Shown here piece after piece: positions 10,412 to 19,233 of a stretch of 32,000 nt of DNA (position 1 is its first letter; each line of letters starts with the position of its first letter). This DNA comes from Candidatus Syntropharchaeum caldarium (GTDB taxonomy: Archaea; Halobacteriota; Syntropharchaeia; Syntropharchaeales; Syntropharchaeaceae): positions 202,377-234,376 of the forward strand of contig LYOS01000002.1 in assembly GCA_001766815.1 (NCBI GenBank). The letters run 5' to 3'. The position numbers and the translations under genes are program-made. The notes under the pieces were generated by a model. The model ran no database searches and was not told where the DNA came from. It worked only from the letters and a program-made list of their open reading frames with translations.

Positions 10412-11626
10412 ATGTTCATCGATTTTTTCTATATCCTGCGAAAAAATGGTGTCCCCGTCTCGATCACCGAGTGGATGGCCTTGACAGAGGCATTATCAAA
10501 AGGTCTTGCAGATTCAAGCATTGAAACATTCTACTATCTTGCAAGATCGATTCTCGTCAAGAGTGAGTCTTACTATGATCACTACGACCTCTCGTTTGAA
10601 GAGTATTTCGGTGGATTGAATGATGAGGGGATGATGCAGAAAAAGCTTTCGAGCGTCTGCGAAGAATTTCCCGAGATCAGGGATGAACTTCTGAAGTGGC
10701 TGAACGATCCGATAAACCGCATGAGTTTGAGTGAAGAAGAGGTCAGAAGACTTTCTGAGATGGAACTTGAGGAGCTGATCGAACTTTTTCTTGAACGGCT
10801 TGCCGAGCAGCGCGAGAGACATGATGGCGGAGATAGATGGATTGGAACCGGTGGCAGATCGCCGTTTGGAAATGCAGGAATAAATCCCGCGGGTATCAGG
10901 GTTGGTGGCGTGGGAGGTAGGAGGTCTGCACTTAAAGTTGCACACCAGCGGAAATACCGTAACCTACGAAACGATCTGACGCTTGATGTGCGGCAGATAA
11001 AAGTCGCACTGAAACGCCTGCGTCTTCTATCACGTAGTGGACCAGAGGAGGAGCTTGACCTTGATGCAACAATAGATAAGACCTGTAAGAACGCGGGTGA
11101 GATCGATCTTGTATTCAGTAAGGGGCGTAAGAACATCATAAAATTGCTGCTGTTGATGGATGTTGGCGGATCAATGAACCCCTATGCACTCCTTTCAAGC
11201 CGATTGTTCTCAGCAGCAAACAGTTCAGGTCATTTCAAGGACTTTAAATATTTTTATTTCCACAACTGCATCTATGATCACGTCTACACCGATATCGCAA
11301 GACGTGAGCGATTTAAGACCGACGAACTTCTGCGAAGGTTTGGTCGAGAGTATCGGGTGATCATCGTTGGCGATGCATGGATGGCACCAAGTGAACTTCT
11401 AAACAGGTATGGTGCCATCGATTACGATGACGTCTGTGAGACCACGGGGATCGAACGCCTGCTTCAGTTCAGAGAGCACTTTGATCACATCGTCTGGCTG
11501 AACCCTGAGAAGCAGAATATCTGGGATCGAACAACGATCAGAATGATTCGTGATATTTTTCCCATGTTTGAACTGACGATAGATGGTCTTGAAGGTGCGG
11601 TGCGTGAACTTGTTGGAAGACGATGA
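10412..11626 (+). CDS. VWA domain protein (CoxE-like), partner of the preceding AAA+ ATPase
   Basis: 404 aa. The C-terminal half has a degenerate MIDAS-like LLLLMDVGGSM followed by VIIVGDAWM, as in CoxE-type VWA proteins. It starts 16 nt downstream of the ATPase gene. Confidence 0.7.
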   Translation: MFIDFFYILRKNGVPVSITEWMALTEALSKGLADSSIETFYYLARSILVKSESYYDHYDLSFEEYFGGLNDEGMMQKKLSSVCEEFPEIRDELLKWLNDPINRMSLSEEEVRRLSEMELEELIELFLERLAEQRERHDGGDRWIGTGGRSPFGNAGINPAGIRVGGVGGRRSALKVAHQRKYRNLRNDLTLDVRQIKVALKRLRLLSRSGPEEELDLDATIDKTCKNAGEIDLVFSKGRKNIIKLLLLMDVGGSMNPYALLSSRLFSAANSSGHFKDFKYFYFHNCIYDHVYTDIARRERFKTDELLRRFGREYRVIIVGDAWMAPSELLNRYGAIDYDDVCETTGIERLLQFREHFDHIVWLNPEKQNIWDRTTIRMIRDIFPMFELTIDGLEGAVRELVGRR

Positions 11627-11706
11627 AACCATATTCTGGAAATTTCATTGAGAAAACTCATATACCACTATAACGATATTAGCAGATATAAACAGAAGGA
11701 ATAGAT

Positions 11707-12219
11707 ATGTCGTATCGTGAAGCACTGATAGAAGTCGGAAAGGATCTTGCTTTTGCGCTGGTGGTTGTTGGGATTATAGCAGCGATGGCATACGCATTCG
11801 CAGGTACATGGCCTGTTGCGGTTGCGGTTGAGTCTGGAAGCATGGAGCCCAACATTCACCAGGGAGATATTGTTTTTATAAAAAGCCCTGAGCGAATGGG
11901 TATTAAGACTTATGAGGATGCGATACGCTCGAATTATACCCAGTTCAATGGCTACGGCGATGTGATAGTATATATGCCAGATGGAAACTCGGATGCAACC
12001 CCAATAATACATAGAGCAATTGAATGGGTCGATGCCGGGGAAGTGATGCCAAACGGTCGCATTGCTCCACATGAAGGCTATGTCACAAAGGGCGATCACA
12101 ACACCGGTTATGACCAGCCAGGACTATCATCACCGGTAAAACCCGAATGGATCATAGGGGTGGCATACTACAGAATTGGATGGATTGGAAATCTCAGACT
12201 CCTCTTCAATCGACTCTGA
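11707..12219 (+). CDS. Signal peptidase I, archaeal/Sec11 type (S26B)
   Basis: 170 aa with an N-terminal TM helix, catalytic Ser box ESGSMEP, His box IIHRA and GDHN. Confidence 0.85.
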   Translation: MSYREALIEVGKDLAFALVVVGIIAAMAYAFAGTWPVAVAVESGSMEPNIHQGDIVFIKSPERMGIKTYEDAIRSNYTQFNGYGDVIVYMPDGNSDATPIIHRAIEWVDAGEVMPNGRIAPHEGYVTKGDHNTGYDQPGLSSPVKPEWIIGVAYYRIGWIGNLRLLFNRL

Positions 12220-12225
12220 ATCGGT

Positions 12226-12690
12226 TTATGCAATCTCAAAGTACTCCCTGAACTTCTTTGTTGTTCTCAACATCTTTGTATGCCCATACGGCCTGGATTC
12301 AACAAACCCACGCTTTTCAAACTCCTTCACATGCTGGTATGCAACCTTTCCGCGCACCTTGACAAGCTCGGATTGCGTGATCGGCTGGCGATAGGCAATT
12401 ACAGCAAGTGTTCGCAGGATGGGACCATCAAACTCACGTTGCGCGATACCACTGAGCATTCCTGCAAACTCGCGCCTCACCTCCATCGCCCATTTACCTT
12501 CTGATTCTTCGATTGTTATCGCAGACTGGCGCGAGGCATACTCGTCTTTCAGTTTTTCAATGATCTTTTTCACCTCATCCCGACTGCAACCCGCGAGCTT
12601 TGCAAGCCTTGCTGCACTCAGCGATGAACCAGATATAAACAGCGATGCCTCAATCACCTGTTTGATCCTGACTTCGTCCTTTTCCTTCAT
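12226..12690 (-). CDS. scpB: Segregation and condensation protein B
   Basis: 154 aa. IEASLFISGSSLS at the N-terminus and winged-helix repeats match ScpB. It overlaps the 3' end of scpA. Confidence 0.85.
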   Translation of the reverse strand: MKEKDEVRIKQVIEASLFISGSSLSAARLAKLAGCSRDEVKKIIEKLKDEYASRQSAITIEESEGKWAMEVRREFAGMLSGIAQREFDGPILRTLAVIAYRQPITQSELVKVRGKVAYQHVKEFEKRGFVESRPYGHTKMLRTTKKFREYFEIA

Positions 12691-13390
12691 CTATCCCCTC
12701 TCGAAGATCGATATAAAGCTCACCAAATAGTTCATCCTGTTTCAGCCGTACCTCCTTCCTTGACGCAAGAAAGAGGAGTGGTATGTAGGTATCAATCACA
12801 TCTCTAACCTCCATTCCCGATGTGAGCTCAGAAAAAGAGATTCTCTTTTCCTTCTCTCTTTTTTTAAGGATTTCTCTGAGCTTTGAGATCTTACTCTCGA
12901 TATCTTCTTCGTGCGGACACTCACGCACGTTTTTAGTCAGGGCATCATCACACTCAACCCGTGCTTTCTGCCGACGTTGCCGATTGATCTCAACCTTCTC
13001 AGCCTTTTTAAGCTCTGTTATGAGGTCGTCAAGAGTTATTGGGCGCTTTCTCTTCCGTCTGAGCTTTGGATAGACCCGTATAGAATCTGGGGCAGTAAAA
13101 ACCTCACCTTCCATATCTTCTTCAATCTCCAGAAGGTCAGGCTCGAGATCTTCGTCGAGATCTTCCTCCTCCTCTATAAAGAGTGCTTCTGATTTCATCC
13201 GCAGAAGGATTGCAGCGTAAAATAGCGTGCGTCCAGATAGGCGAAGATCAGGCACTTCAACACTCTCAATCCGCTCGAGAAACTTATCCGCCACCTTTAC
13301 GACATCGATCTTCCATGGATCAAACTCGCCCTGCTTTGCAAGATCCACAAGGATCTCTATTGGCTCATCAATGTGAGCGATCTGATCCAT
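12650..13390 (-). CDS. scpA: Segregation and condensation protein A (kleisin)
   Basis: EFDPWKIDVVKVADKFL and RTLFYAAILLRMKSE are typical ScpA N-terminal motifs. The track ORF starts at 13444, but ATG 13390 (MDQIAHID, preceded by GGGAGG..GAGGGG) is the more plausible start. Confidence 0.8.
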   Translation of the reverse strand: MDQIAHIDEPIEILVDLAKQGEFDPWKIDVVKVADKFLERIESVEVPDLRLSGRTLFYAAILLRMKSEALFIEEEEDLDEDLEPDLLEIEEDMEGEVFTAPDSIRVYPKLRRKRKRPITLDDLITELKKAEKVEINRQRRQKARVECDDALTKNVRECPHEEDIESKISKLREILKKREKEKRISFSELTSGMEVRDVIDTYIPLLFLASRKEVRLKQDELFGELYIDLREGIDEGKGRSQDQTGD

Positions 13391-14307
13391 TCGCCCCTCG
13401 CCTCCCGTGTTGTCCCGATGACAAGCCGTCTTATCCCGTTCCATTCTTCAAGCACACCCTGAGCTTCCATCACCTCTCCTTCCAGAACCTGTCCTGCATA
13501 GGTATGCGTGAATGAGAGCACCTCATCAACCTCCTCGTGCTCAACCACAAAGACTGCTGGGCTGTCAAAGGCATGTGATGCATCGGTTACGGTTGCTTCA
13601 ATTCTCCGACGCCCGATTACCCTGCCACGCTCATAGCGGGTATGGTTTTCAGCATCATCCACATAGAGGAGGTCAAAGTATCTCTCTGCGATCATCCCCC
13701 TATTTCCTTTTCGCATTTCATGCTTTAAAAACTCATCGAATGAGATCTCGGGCACACGCTTATTGTATATCTGTTTCCAGAGGTCAGGATCAATATCTGA
13801 GAGTTCGCCATCATGCACAGCGCGATTCAAAACCTCAATTGCATCAAAGAAGCTTTTGCCATAGACGATAAAATCAATATCAGATGAAGGTGTCGCAAGA
13901 TCACAGAGCCACGAGCCCGTAACTCCCATTTTTGAGAGCGGTATGCCACCCTTTCTGAATATATCAACGATCAACCCGATCTCAGGGTTATCAAGCAGGG
14001 TCTGGATCTTGACATCCGGTCTCAAAACCGTCTTTATATCATCAAGCGGGATGCTGTGAATATCTCCACGTATGTATTCAGGCTTTTTTAGCCGCAAAAA
14101 CTCAAATGACTCATCAAAATCAAGTTTATGAAATCTAACGCCATCGAATCGCCTCCTTTCTCCATTATCATGGGGTACGTATCGAAGGAGCCCTTCTATC
14201 GCTGTATCAGATCTGTTGCTATAGCTTACCACCGAAAAGATCCATCCCTCGTTGGTCACAACAAAATCTCGTATTCGAAGATTCAATCTATGCACCTCTG
14301 CAAACAT
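13357..14307 (-). CDS. Pol-beta superfamily nucleotidyltransferase domain protein (COG1665-like), function unknown
   Basis: It carries the NTase motif [23 protein letters not shown] (G[SG]-x-D-x-D). The track ORF extends to 14397 and overlaps the divergent NMNAT gene. ATG 14307 (MFAEVHRL) with TATATAG about 25 nt upstream is preferred. Confidence 0.6.
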   Translation of the reverse strand: MFAEVHRLNLRIRDFVVTNEGWIFSVVSYSNRSDTAIEGLLRYVPHDNGERRRFDGVRFHKLDFDESFEFLRLKKPEYIRGDIHSIPLDDIKTVLRPDVKIQTLLDNPEIGLIVDIFRKGGIPLSKMGVTGSWLCDLATPSSDIDFIVYGKSFFDAIEVLNRAVHDGELSDIDPDLWKQIYNKRVPEISFDEFLKHEMRKGNRGMIAERYFDLLYVDDAENHTRYERGRVIGRRRIEATVTDASHAFDSPAVFVVEHEEVDEVLSFTHTYAGQVLEGEVMEAQGVLEEWNGIRRLVIGTTREARGEWIRSLTLMSQ

Positions 14308-14345
14308 ACTTTTTAGGTGTTGGTTACTATATAGATAGCGATAGT

Positions 14346-14876
14346 ATGGAGAAGACCAAAGAGCATCGAGGATTGTACATCGGCAGATTTCAGCCATACC
14401 ACCTTGGACACCACATGATACTGACGCAGATTGCCAGAGAGGTTGAGGAGCTTGTAATCTGCATCGGGAGTGCCCAGGTGAGCCATGAACTGAAAAACCC
14501 CTTTACAGGCGGTGAACGAGTTCTTATGGTAAAATCTGCAATCGAAGAGCTGCCGATAAAGTGTTACGTCATCCCGATCATGGATGTGATGCGAAATGCG
14601 ATATGGGTTGCACATGTAGTCTCACTCACACCTGGATTTGAGATTGTTTACTCAAACAATCCCCTCAACAAGCGACTTTTTGATGAAGCAGGGTTTAAGG
14701 TGCGATCTACGGCATTTTACGAGCGTGATGTTTATTCCGGTACAGAGATTCGGCGCAGGATGATAGCTGGTGAAGAATGGGAGAATCTTGTACCTGATGC
14801 GGTATGTAAGGTCATACATGAGTGTGATGGAGTTTCAAGGGTGCAGGATCTCGCCCGATATGATACGGGAAAATAG
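14346..14876 (+). CDS. nadM: Nicotinamide-nucleotide adenylyltransferase (archaeal NMNAT)
   Basis: 176 aa with [10 protein letters not shown] (an (H/T)xGH-type nucleotidyltransferase motif) and SGTEIRRRM (ISSTxxR-like). Confidence 0.9.
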   Translation: MEKTKEHRGLYIGRFQPYHLGHHMILTQIAREVEELVICIGSAQVSHELKNPFTGGERVLMVKSAIEELPIKCYVIPIMDVMRNAIWVAHVVSLTPGFEIVYSNNPLNKRLFDEAGFKVRSTAFYERDVYSGTEIRRRMIAGEEWENLVPDAVCKVIHECDGVSRVQDLARYDTGK

Positions 14877-15731
14877 ATGAAACTACTTCTTGCTGAGTAT
14901 GCAGTTGGCATGCGTCTGGAAGATGGAATTATCAGAGAAGGCAGAGCGATGCTTGAAACCTTAAGCAGGAGTTTTAAAAGGAGTGGGTGTGAGGTCATGA
15001 CCCCGGAACCCGGCAGGTTTGAGACAGATCTTGAGATGCTTGCAGCAAATTCTGATTATGGACTGGTTATCGCCCCAGATGAACACCTTACGCATTATAC
15101 AGAGATAATTGAGAGTAGAACTGTTAACCTTGGATCCCCATCAAATGTGGTTGATGCGTGCGCTGACAAATTAAAAACAACGAGGATACTACGTGATGCT
15201 GGGATTGCGGTTGCGGAGGATGTGGATTCAGACCGGTATGTGATAAAACCGCGCTGGGGGTGTGGATCAGAGGAGATCATTGTGACAGATGAGAATCTGC
15301 TGCCAGACGGCTTCATCAGAACGCGTTTTATCGAGGGAGAACATATCAGTGCGAGTCTTATAAGATCTAAAAACGGGTTTGTGCTCCCGTTAACCATAAA
15401 CAAACAGCTTGTCGAGATTACAGATGAGAAAATCAGGTATAAAGGAGGAATTACGCCATATTTTACGCCACGAGCAGATGAAATCATCGATGCGTGCAGG
15501 CGGGCAGGCGAAATTCTTGGATGCAGAGGGTACTTTGGAGTGGATCTCGTACTCTCAGATAAACCATATATCGTGGATGTTAATCCGCGTCCCACCACTT
15601 CAATCATCGGAATAAGCCGTGTAATTGATAAGGAGATTGGAGGCTTGATTCTTGATGCGTACAGAAACAGGCTTCCAGAATCGGTCAATATAATCTCAGA
15701 AGAGGTTATCTATAAACTGGATGAACTATAA
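14877..15731 (+). CDS. ATP-grasp family ligase (COG1821-like; possibly tyramine--L-glutamate ligase MfnD)
   Basis: 284 aa, starting directly after the NMNAT stop. The ATP-grasp layout includes KPRWGCGSEEI and YFGVDLVL..PYIVDVNPRP. The MfnD assignment comes from recollection of family size and N-terminus only. Confidence 0.55.
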   Translation: MKLLLAEYAVGMRLEDGIIREGRAMLETLSRSFKRSGCEVMTPEPGRFETDLEMLAANSDYGLVIAPDEHLTHYTEIIESRTVNLGSPSNVVDACADKLKTTRILRDAGIAVAEDVDSDRYVIKPRWGCGSEEIIVTDENLLPDGFIRTRFIEGEHISASLIRSKNGFVLPLTINKQLVEITDEKIRYKGGITPYFTPRADEIIDACRRAGEILGCRGYFGVDLVLSDKPYIVDVNPRPTTSIIGISRVIDKEIGGLILDAYRNRLPESVNIISEEVIYKLDEL

Positions 15732-15735
15732 ATTT

Positions 15736-16209
15736 TCATTTCATTCCAGATAAGACCTCGTATAGCATTTTAAGTGCAGTTTCAGCAGTCATTTCTCTGT
15801 TACTTTTTCTATCGCCTGTAAAATGATACGTTTTTACTATTCTTTGATCTTCTGTTACGATTGCGATATATACCAGCCCAACAGGTTTTACAGGCGTTGC
15901 TCCACCCGGGCCTGCTATTCCCGTTACTCCTATACTCACATCTGCCTCGCTCACTGCTTTTGCACCTTCTGCCATTTCAAGGGCACATTCAGAACTCACC
16001 GCCCCATACCGCTCCAGAGTCGTATCCTTTACACCAATAATCTTCTTTTTCAGCTCATTTGAGTATGTCACGTACGCGCCCAGAAAATAATCTGAACTGC
16101 CCGGAACGCTGGTTATCCTGTATGAAATAAGTCCGCCTGTGCATGATTCTGCAACTGTAAGTTTGAGTTTCTTTTCGCTGAGTAAATCACCTATCGCTTC
16201 CTCTATCAT
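15736..16209 (-). CDS. pncC: CinA C-terminal domain protein / nicotinamide-nucleotide amidohydrolase PncC
   Basis: 157 aa with AESCTGGL, GVTGIAGPGGA and GLVYIA, which are hallmark CinA-C/PncC motifs. Confidence 0.85.
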   Translation of the reverse strand: MIEEAIGDLLSEKKLKLTVAESCTGGLISYRITSVPGSSDYFLGAYVTYSNELKKKIIGVKDTTLERYGAVSSECALEMAEGAKAVSEADVSIGVTGIAGPGGATPVKPVGLVYIAIVTEDQRIVKTYHFTGDRKSNREMTAETALKMLYEVLSGMK

Positions 16210-16232
16210 CTAAAACAGCTCACATCATTTTT

Positions 16233-16240
16233 CTATATAG
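16233..16240 (-). promoter_or_regulatory. TATA-like box for the pncC-like gene
   Basis: CTATATAG lies 24-31 nt upstream of ATG 16209 on the minus strand, consistent with a leaderless or short-leader archaeal transcript. Confidence 0.35.
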
Positions 16241-16321
16241 AACCGTTAGCTATATTGTTAAAAAAAGTTTGGGGGATATTTTGATTTTACCAGCTTGATG
16301 GGTCGATATTGATTGGAATAA

Positions 16322-16423
16322 CGTTTATATGGTGGGGTTGAGAGAAGGGTTTATGATCCGTATGGGTTGAACGAGGAAGAGATTAGGGTGGTGGAGGGAA
16401 AGTATGATAAAAGATATGCCTGA
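16322..16423 (+). pseudogene. Remnant resembling the C-terminal tail of a restriction-modification / type IIG-like methyltransferase
   Basis: A short open frame with no start codon reads RLYGGVEERVYDPYGLNEEEIRVVEGKYDKRYA*. The VY-x-x-YGL-x-EEEI-x-x-VEG pattern recalls the conserved C-terminal tail of many RM/BREX-type N6-adenine methyltransferases. It overlaps the helicase start. Confidence 0.25.
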
Positions 16424-19211
16424 AGAGCTACCAATTGAAGTATTAGAGACTCGATATGGATTGTGGAATTCTTACGTCATGACCCTTAAGAATAAGGGGT
16501 ACAAAGAAATTTGGTATCCACAAATCCAAGCATTTGAAAATGGAGCTTTAGATAACGATAATTTTATATTTATATCCTCTCCAGGCTCGGGAAAAACACT
16601 TGTTGCAGAAGTCATATTAATACACTCATTTTTGAAGTCTACTAAAGCTGGTGCGTACTTGGTCCCTCTTAACGAACTTGCTAATGAGATATATGATGAT
16701 TTTAAAGAAAGAATGGAATATCCGGAAATAGGCATTCACGTTACCAAATCTACGATGGATGATGAAAATTTATCAGAACTTCAGAGATCAAACATCATGA
16801 TAATGACCTATGAGAAGTTTGATTACCATCTTCGCAACCATCCAGAGCTTATTTCAGATTTGGGGGCTGTGGTAATTGACGAGTTTCACATGATCTCAAA
16901 TAAAGATCGTGGAGCAAAACTTGAGCTTATACTTGCACAGTTGATGCACAGGTTTCCTAATATCCGCATCGTTGGTTTATCTGCTGTAGTACCGAATGGA
17001 GACGAGATTAGTGATTGGCTACACGCCAAGCTCTGTGATACCAGTGATTGGAGAAAGAACCCATTATATGAGGGAGTTTATGACCATCGAAACAAAGTGA
17101 TACGATTTTACGATCACCCTGAAAGACTATCCAGTGAAGAAACTATAGGAGATTATGAGCGTAATCCAACACATAATCTAACCATAGATTTTATTATGAA
17201 AGAAATTAGTCGAGAGGGGCTACCCCAAACGCTAATTTTTGTACCTAAAAGAAAAGATGCGAGAGATTTTGCAGCGGAAATCCAAAGATGTCTTACAGAA
17301 GAAATAAAAGAGAGGGTAGATTCATATAAGCTCGATAAGATTGCCACTGACCTTGGAAATTTGGAGGGAAGTGATACAAAGACATTAAAAGGACTTATAG
17401 AAGCGGTGAAAAACGGGATTGCTTTTCATCACGCTGGACTTGGATCTGAGATAAAAAGAGTTGTGATGGATGCATTCAGGAATCAAGATCTTTTGGTCAT
17501 GATCTCAACTACTACACTTTCTGCGGGCGTGAATCTTCCGGCAAAGAGGGTTATTATTTCCGAACCAAGAATCGGAGGAAGGGGTAATTCTGGGAGGGAC
17601 TTAACCGTAGCAGAGTACAAAAATCTTGCTGGAAGGGCTGGGAGACCCAAATACACAGATGAACATGGGGAGTGTGTTATTATCTCTAAAACACCGATAT
17701 TTGCCGAATCATACAAAAATAGGTACATTTTAGCAGAACCAGAGGAGATAGAAAGCAGGATAGATCTTTCTGAAGATTATGGTAGTTTATTAAACTTACT
17801 TCGAGATTATCCATCGGTAGATAAACTTGTAAAGATTATGGAGAAGACATTTTATGGGTACAAAGGTCTCAACCATGAGGATCTTCGATTGAGTGTCGAG
17901 ATAGGAGTGGAAAAGTTAGAAAATTGGGACTTTGTGGAAAGAGATGGAGAACTATTTAATTTAACGGAACTTGGTAAAAGTGTATCAAAACAGATAATAA
18001 ATCCGTTTAGCGCACATATTATACTAAGAAGCTTGCGAAATTACTTAGATAGAGATATCGACCAGGGATTGATACAGGACATTTTACTAACGGTATGTAG
18101 CACTCCAGAATTTGATGAAAGTAACAGATTTTGGAGACCAGGATATTATCCAAACCGAGAAGAGGTGAAAAAGAAATTTGGGTTAGATCCTCTTGATTTA
18201 AAAGAAGTGGATCGGGTCATTTTAACAACCGAAATAATTAAGAAATACATCTCGGAGGAGAGTTACTCTGAAATTTTCAAGATAGAGGGGCTGGATGCTG
18301 AATATTGGGCACCCTCTGACATAAAAGAACGGATCGCCCCGAGGTTTTCCACTACGATTAGAGCGATGCAGCAAATAATAGAAGAGAGCGAGACTGAACT
18401 GCATAATAAATTTGGTGAACTGCTCGATAAACTTGGAATAATGACGTTATATGGAATAAAAGAAGAGCATGTTGATTTTGTCAGGAAAGGTATCACGTCA
18501 GATAGAAATATGATAATATTTCTTGATAAGATTGGTATTGCCGATCCATCAAAACTTTTAAATGTAGATATCAGGTGGTTAAGCGCACAACTGGCTGAAA
18601 AAGCATTAAAGCTTAAACGGCGTGCAGTTTACAATTTGCTTGAAGATCCTGAAAGAGAAAAGGAATTAATACTGTTAGAAGCTTATGAGAAGGGTATTGA
18701 ACTAAGTTTGTTTGAGAACCTCTTTACTTCAAGTGAAAATCAATTTTGGTTCGCTGTTAAGAATATACTAAGCCATATGGATGATATCTTTGAGGTACAC
18801 GATCATCACGTAGGATCAGATTCAATACCAGAGGCAGATGTATATCTCAAAAATGAAGATGGGAGTCTGTTAAAGGGCAGTGATGGGAACCCGATAAAGG
18901 TATGTCTCGAATGTAAATCAACTAGATCACTGGATAAACCTGTAAAAACCAGCACCGCTCTTGAAGTTTTGAAGAAATGCCCGGAAGGGAAATATACTTC
19001 TCGTGTTGTTATTGGGACTCCAAGTTTTGAGGGGGATGCTGGAAGAAGGGCTAAAGAACACGGGATTCTTTTGGTTCCGGTTACGGTCTTCGCTAGGCTC
19101 TTTTTACTTAAGGAAGCGAGTAAAATAGATGCTAAAATTATTGAGACGACCCTACAAAAAACAGGAGAGCTGACAATTGAGAAATTAAACGAGAACTTAA
19201 AAGGTGGTTGA
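16404..19211 (+). CDS. Hel308/Ski2-type SF2 (DExH) helicase fused to a C-terminal PD-(D/E)xK (Mrr-cat-like) nuclease domain
   Basis: 935 aa. Helicase motifs: I SSPGSGKT, II VVIDEFH, III GLSAV, V TTTLSAGVNLPA, VI YKNLAGRAGRP. A WH/ratchet-like middle region follows. The C-terminal roughly 165 aa carry IPEAD(812)VYL ... KVCLE(836)CK(838) ... TPSFEGDAGRRAKEHGILLV. GGTGGAGGG precedes the ATG. The coding sequence is AT-rich relative to the flanks. Confidence 0.85.
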   Translation: MIKDMPEELPIEVLETRYGLWNSYVMTLKNKGYKEIWYPQIQAFENGALDNDNFIFISSPGSGKTLVAEVILIHSFLKSTKAGAYLVPLNELANEIYDDFKERMEYPEIGIHVTKSTMDDENLSELQRSNIMIMTYEKFDYHLRNHPELISDLGAVVIDEFHMISNKDRGAKLELILAQLMHRFPNIRIVGLSAVVPNGDEISDWLHAKLCDTSDWRKNPLYEGVYDHRNKVIRFYDHPERLSSEETIGDYERNPTHNLTIDFIMKEISREGLPQTLIFVPKRKDARDFAAEIQRCLTEEIKERVDSYKLDKIATDLGNLEGSDTKTLKGLIEAVKNGIAFHHAGLGSEIKRVVMDAFRNQDLLVMISTTTLSAGVNLPAKRVIISEPRIGGRGNSGRDLTVAEYKNLAGRAGRPKYTDEHGECVIISKTPIFAESYKNRYILAEPEEIESRIDLSEDYGSLLNLLRDYPSVDKLVKIMEKTFYGYKGLNHEDLRLSVEIGVEKLENWDFVERDGELFNLTELGKSVSKQIINPFSAHIILRSLRNYLDRDIDQGLIQDILLTVCSTPEFDESNRFWRPGYYPNREEVKKKFGLDPLDLKEVDRVILTTEIIKKYISEESYSEIFKIEGLDAEYWAPSDIKERIAPRFSTTIRAMQQIIEESETELHNKFGELLDKLGIMTLYGIKEEHVDFVRKGITSDRNMIIFLDKIGIADPSKLLNVDIRWLSAQLAEKALKLKRRAVYNLLEDPEREKELILLEAYEKGIELSLFENLFTSSENQFWFAVKNILSHMDDIFEVHDHHVGSDSIPEADVYLKNEDGSLLKGSDGNPIKVCLECKSTRSLDKPVKTSTALEVLKKCPEGKYTSRVVIGTPSFEGDAGRRAKEHGILLVPVTVFARLFLLKEASKIDAKIIETTLQKTGELTIEKLNENLKGG

Positions 19212-19233
19212 ATGTTACGCCAATAGCCCTTGA

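Noticed and set aside
10582-11139. A 185-aa minus-strand ORF rich in Ser/Arg, together with the 143-aa ORF at 10514-10945.
   Set aside because: Both are antisense shadows of the VWA gene. The repetitive S/R composition is typical of reverse-frame translation of a Glu/Leu-rich coding region.
15095-15688. A 197-aa minus-strand ORF.
   Set aside because: It is fully embedded antisense in the ATP-grasp gene, which has recognisable family motifs. It has no motifs of its own.
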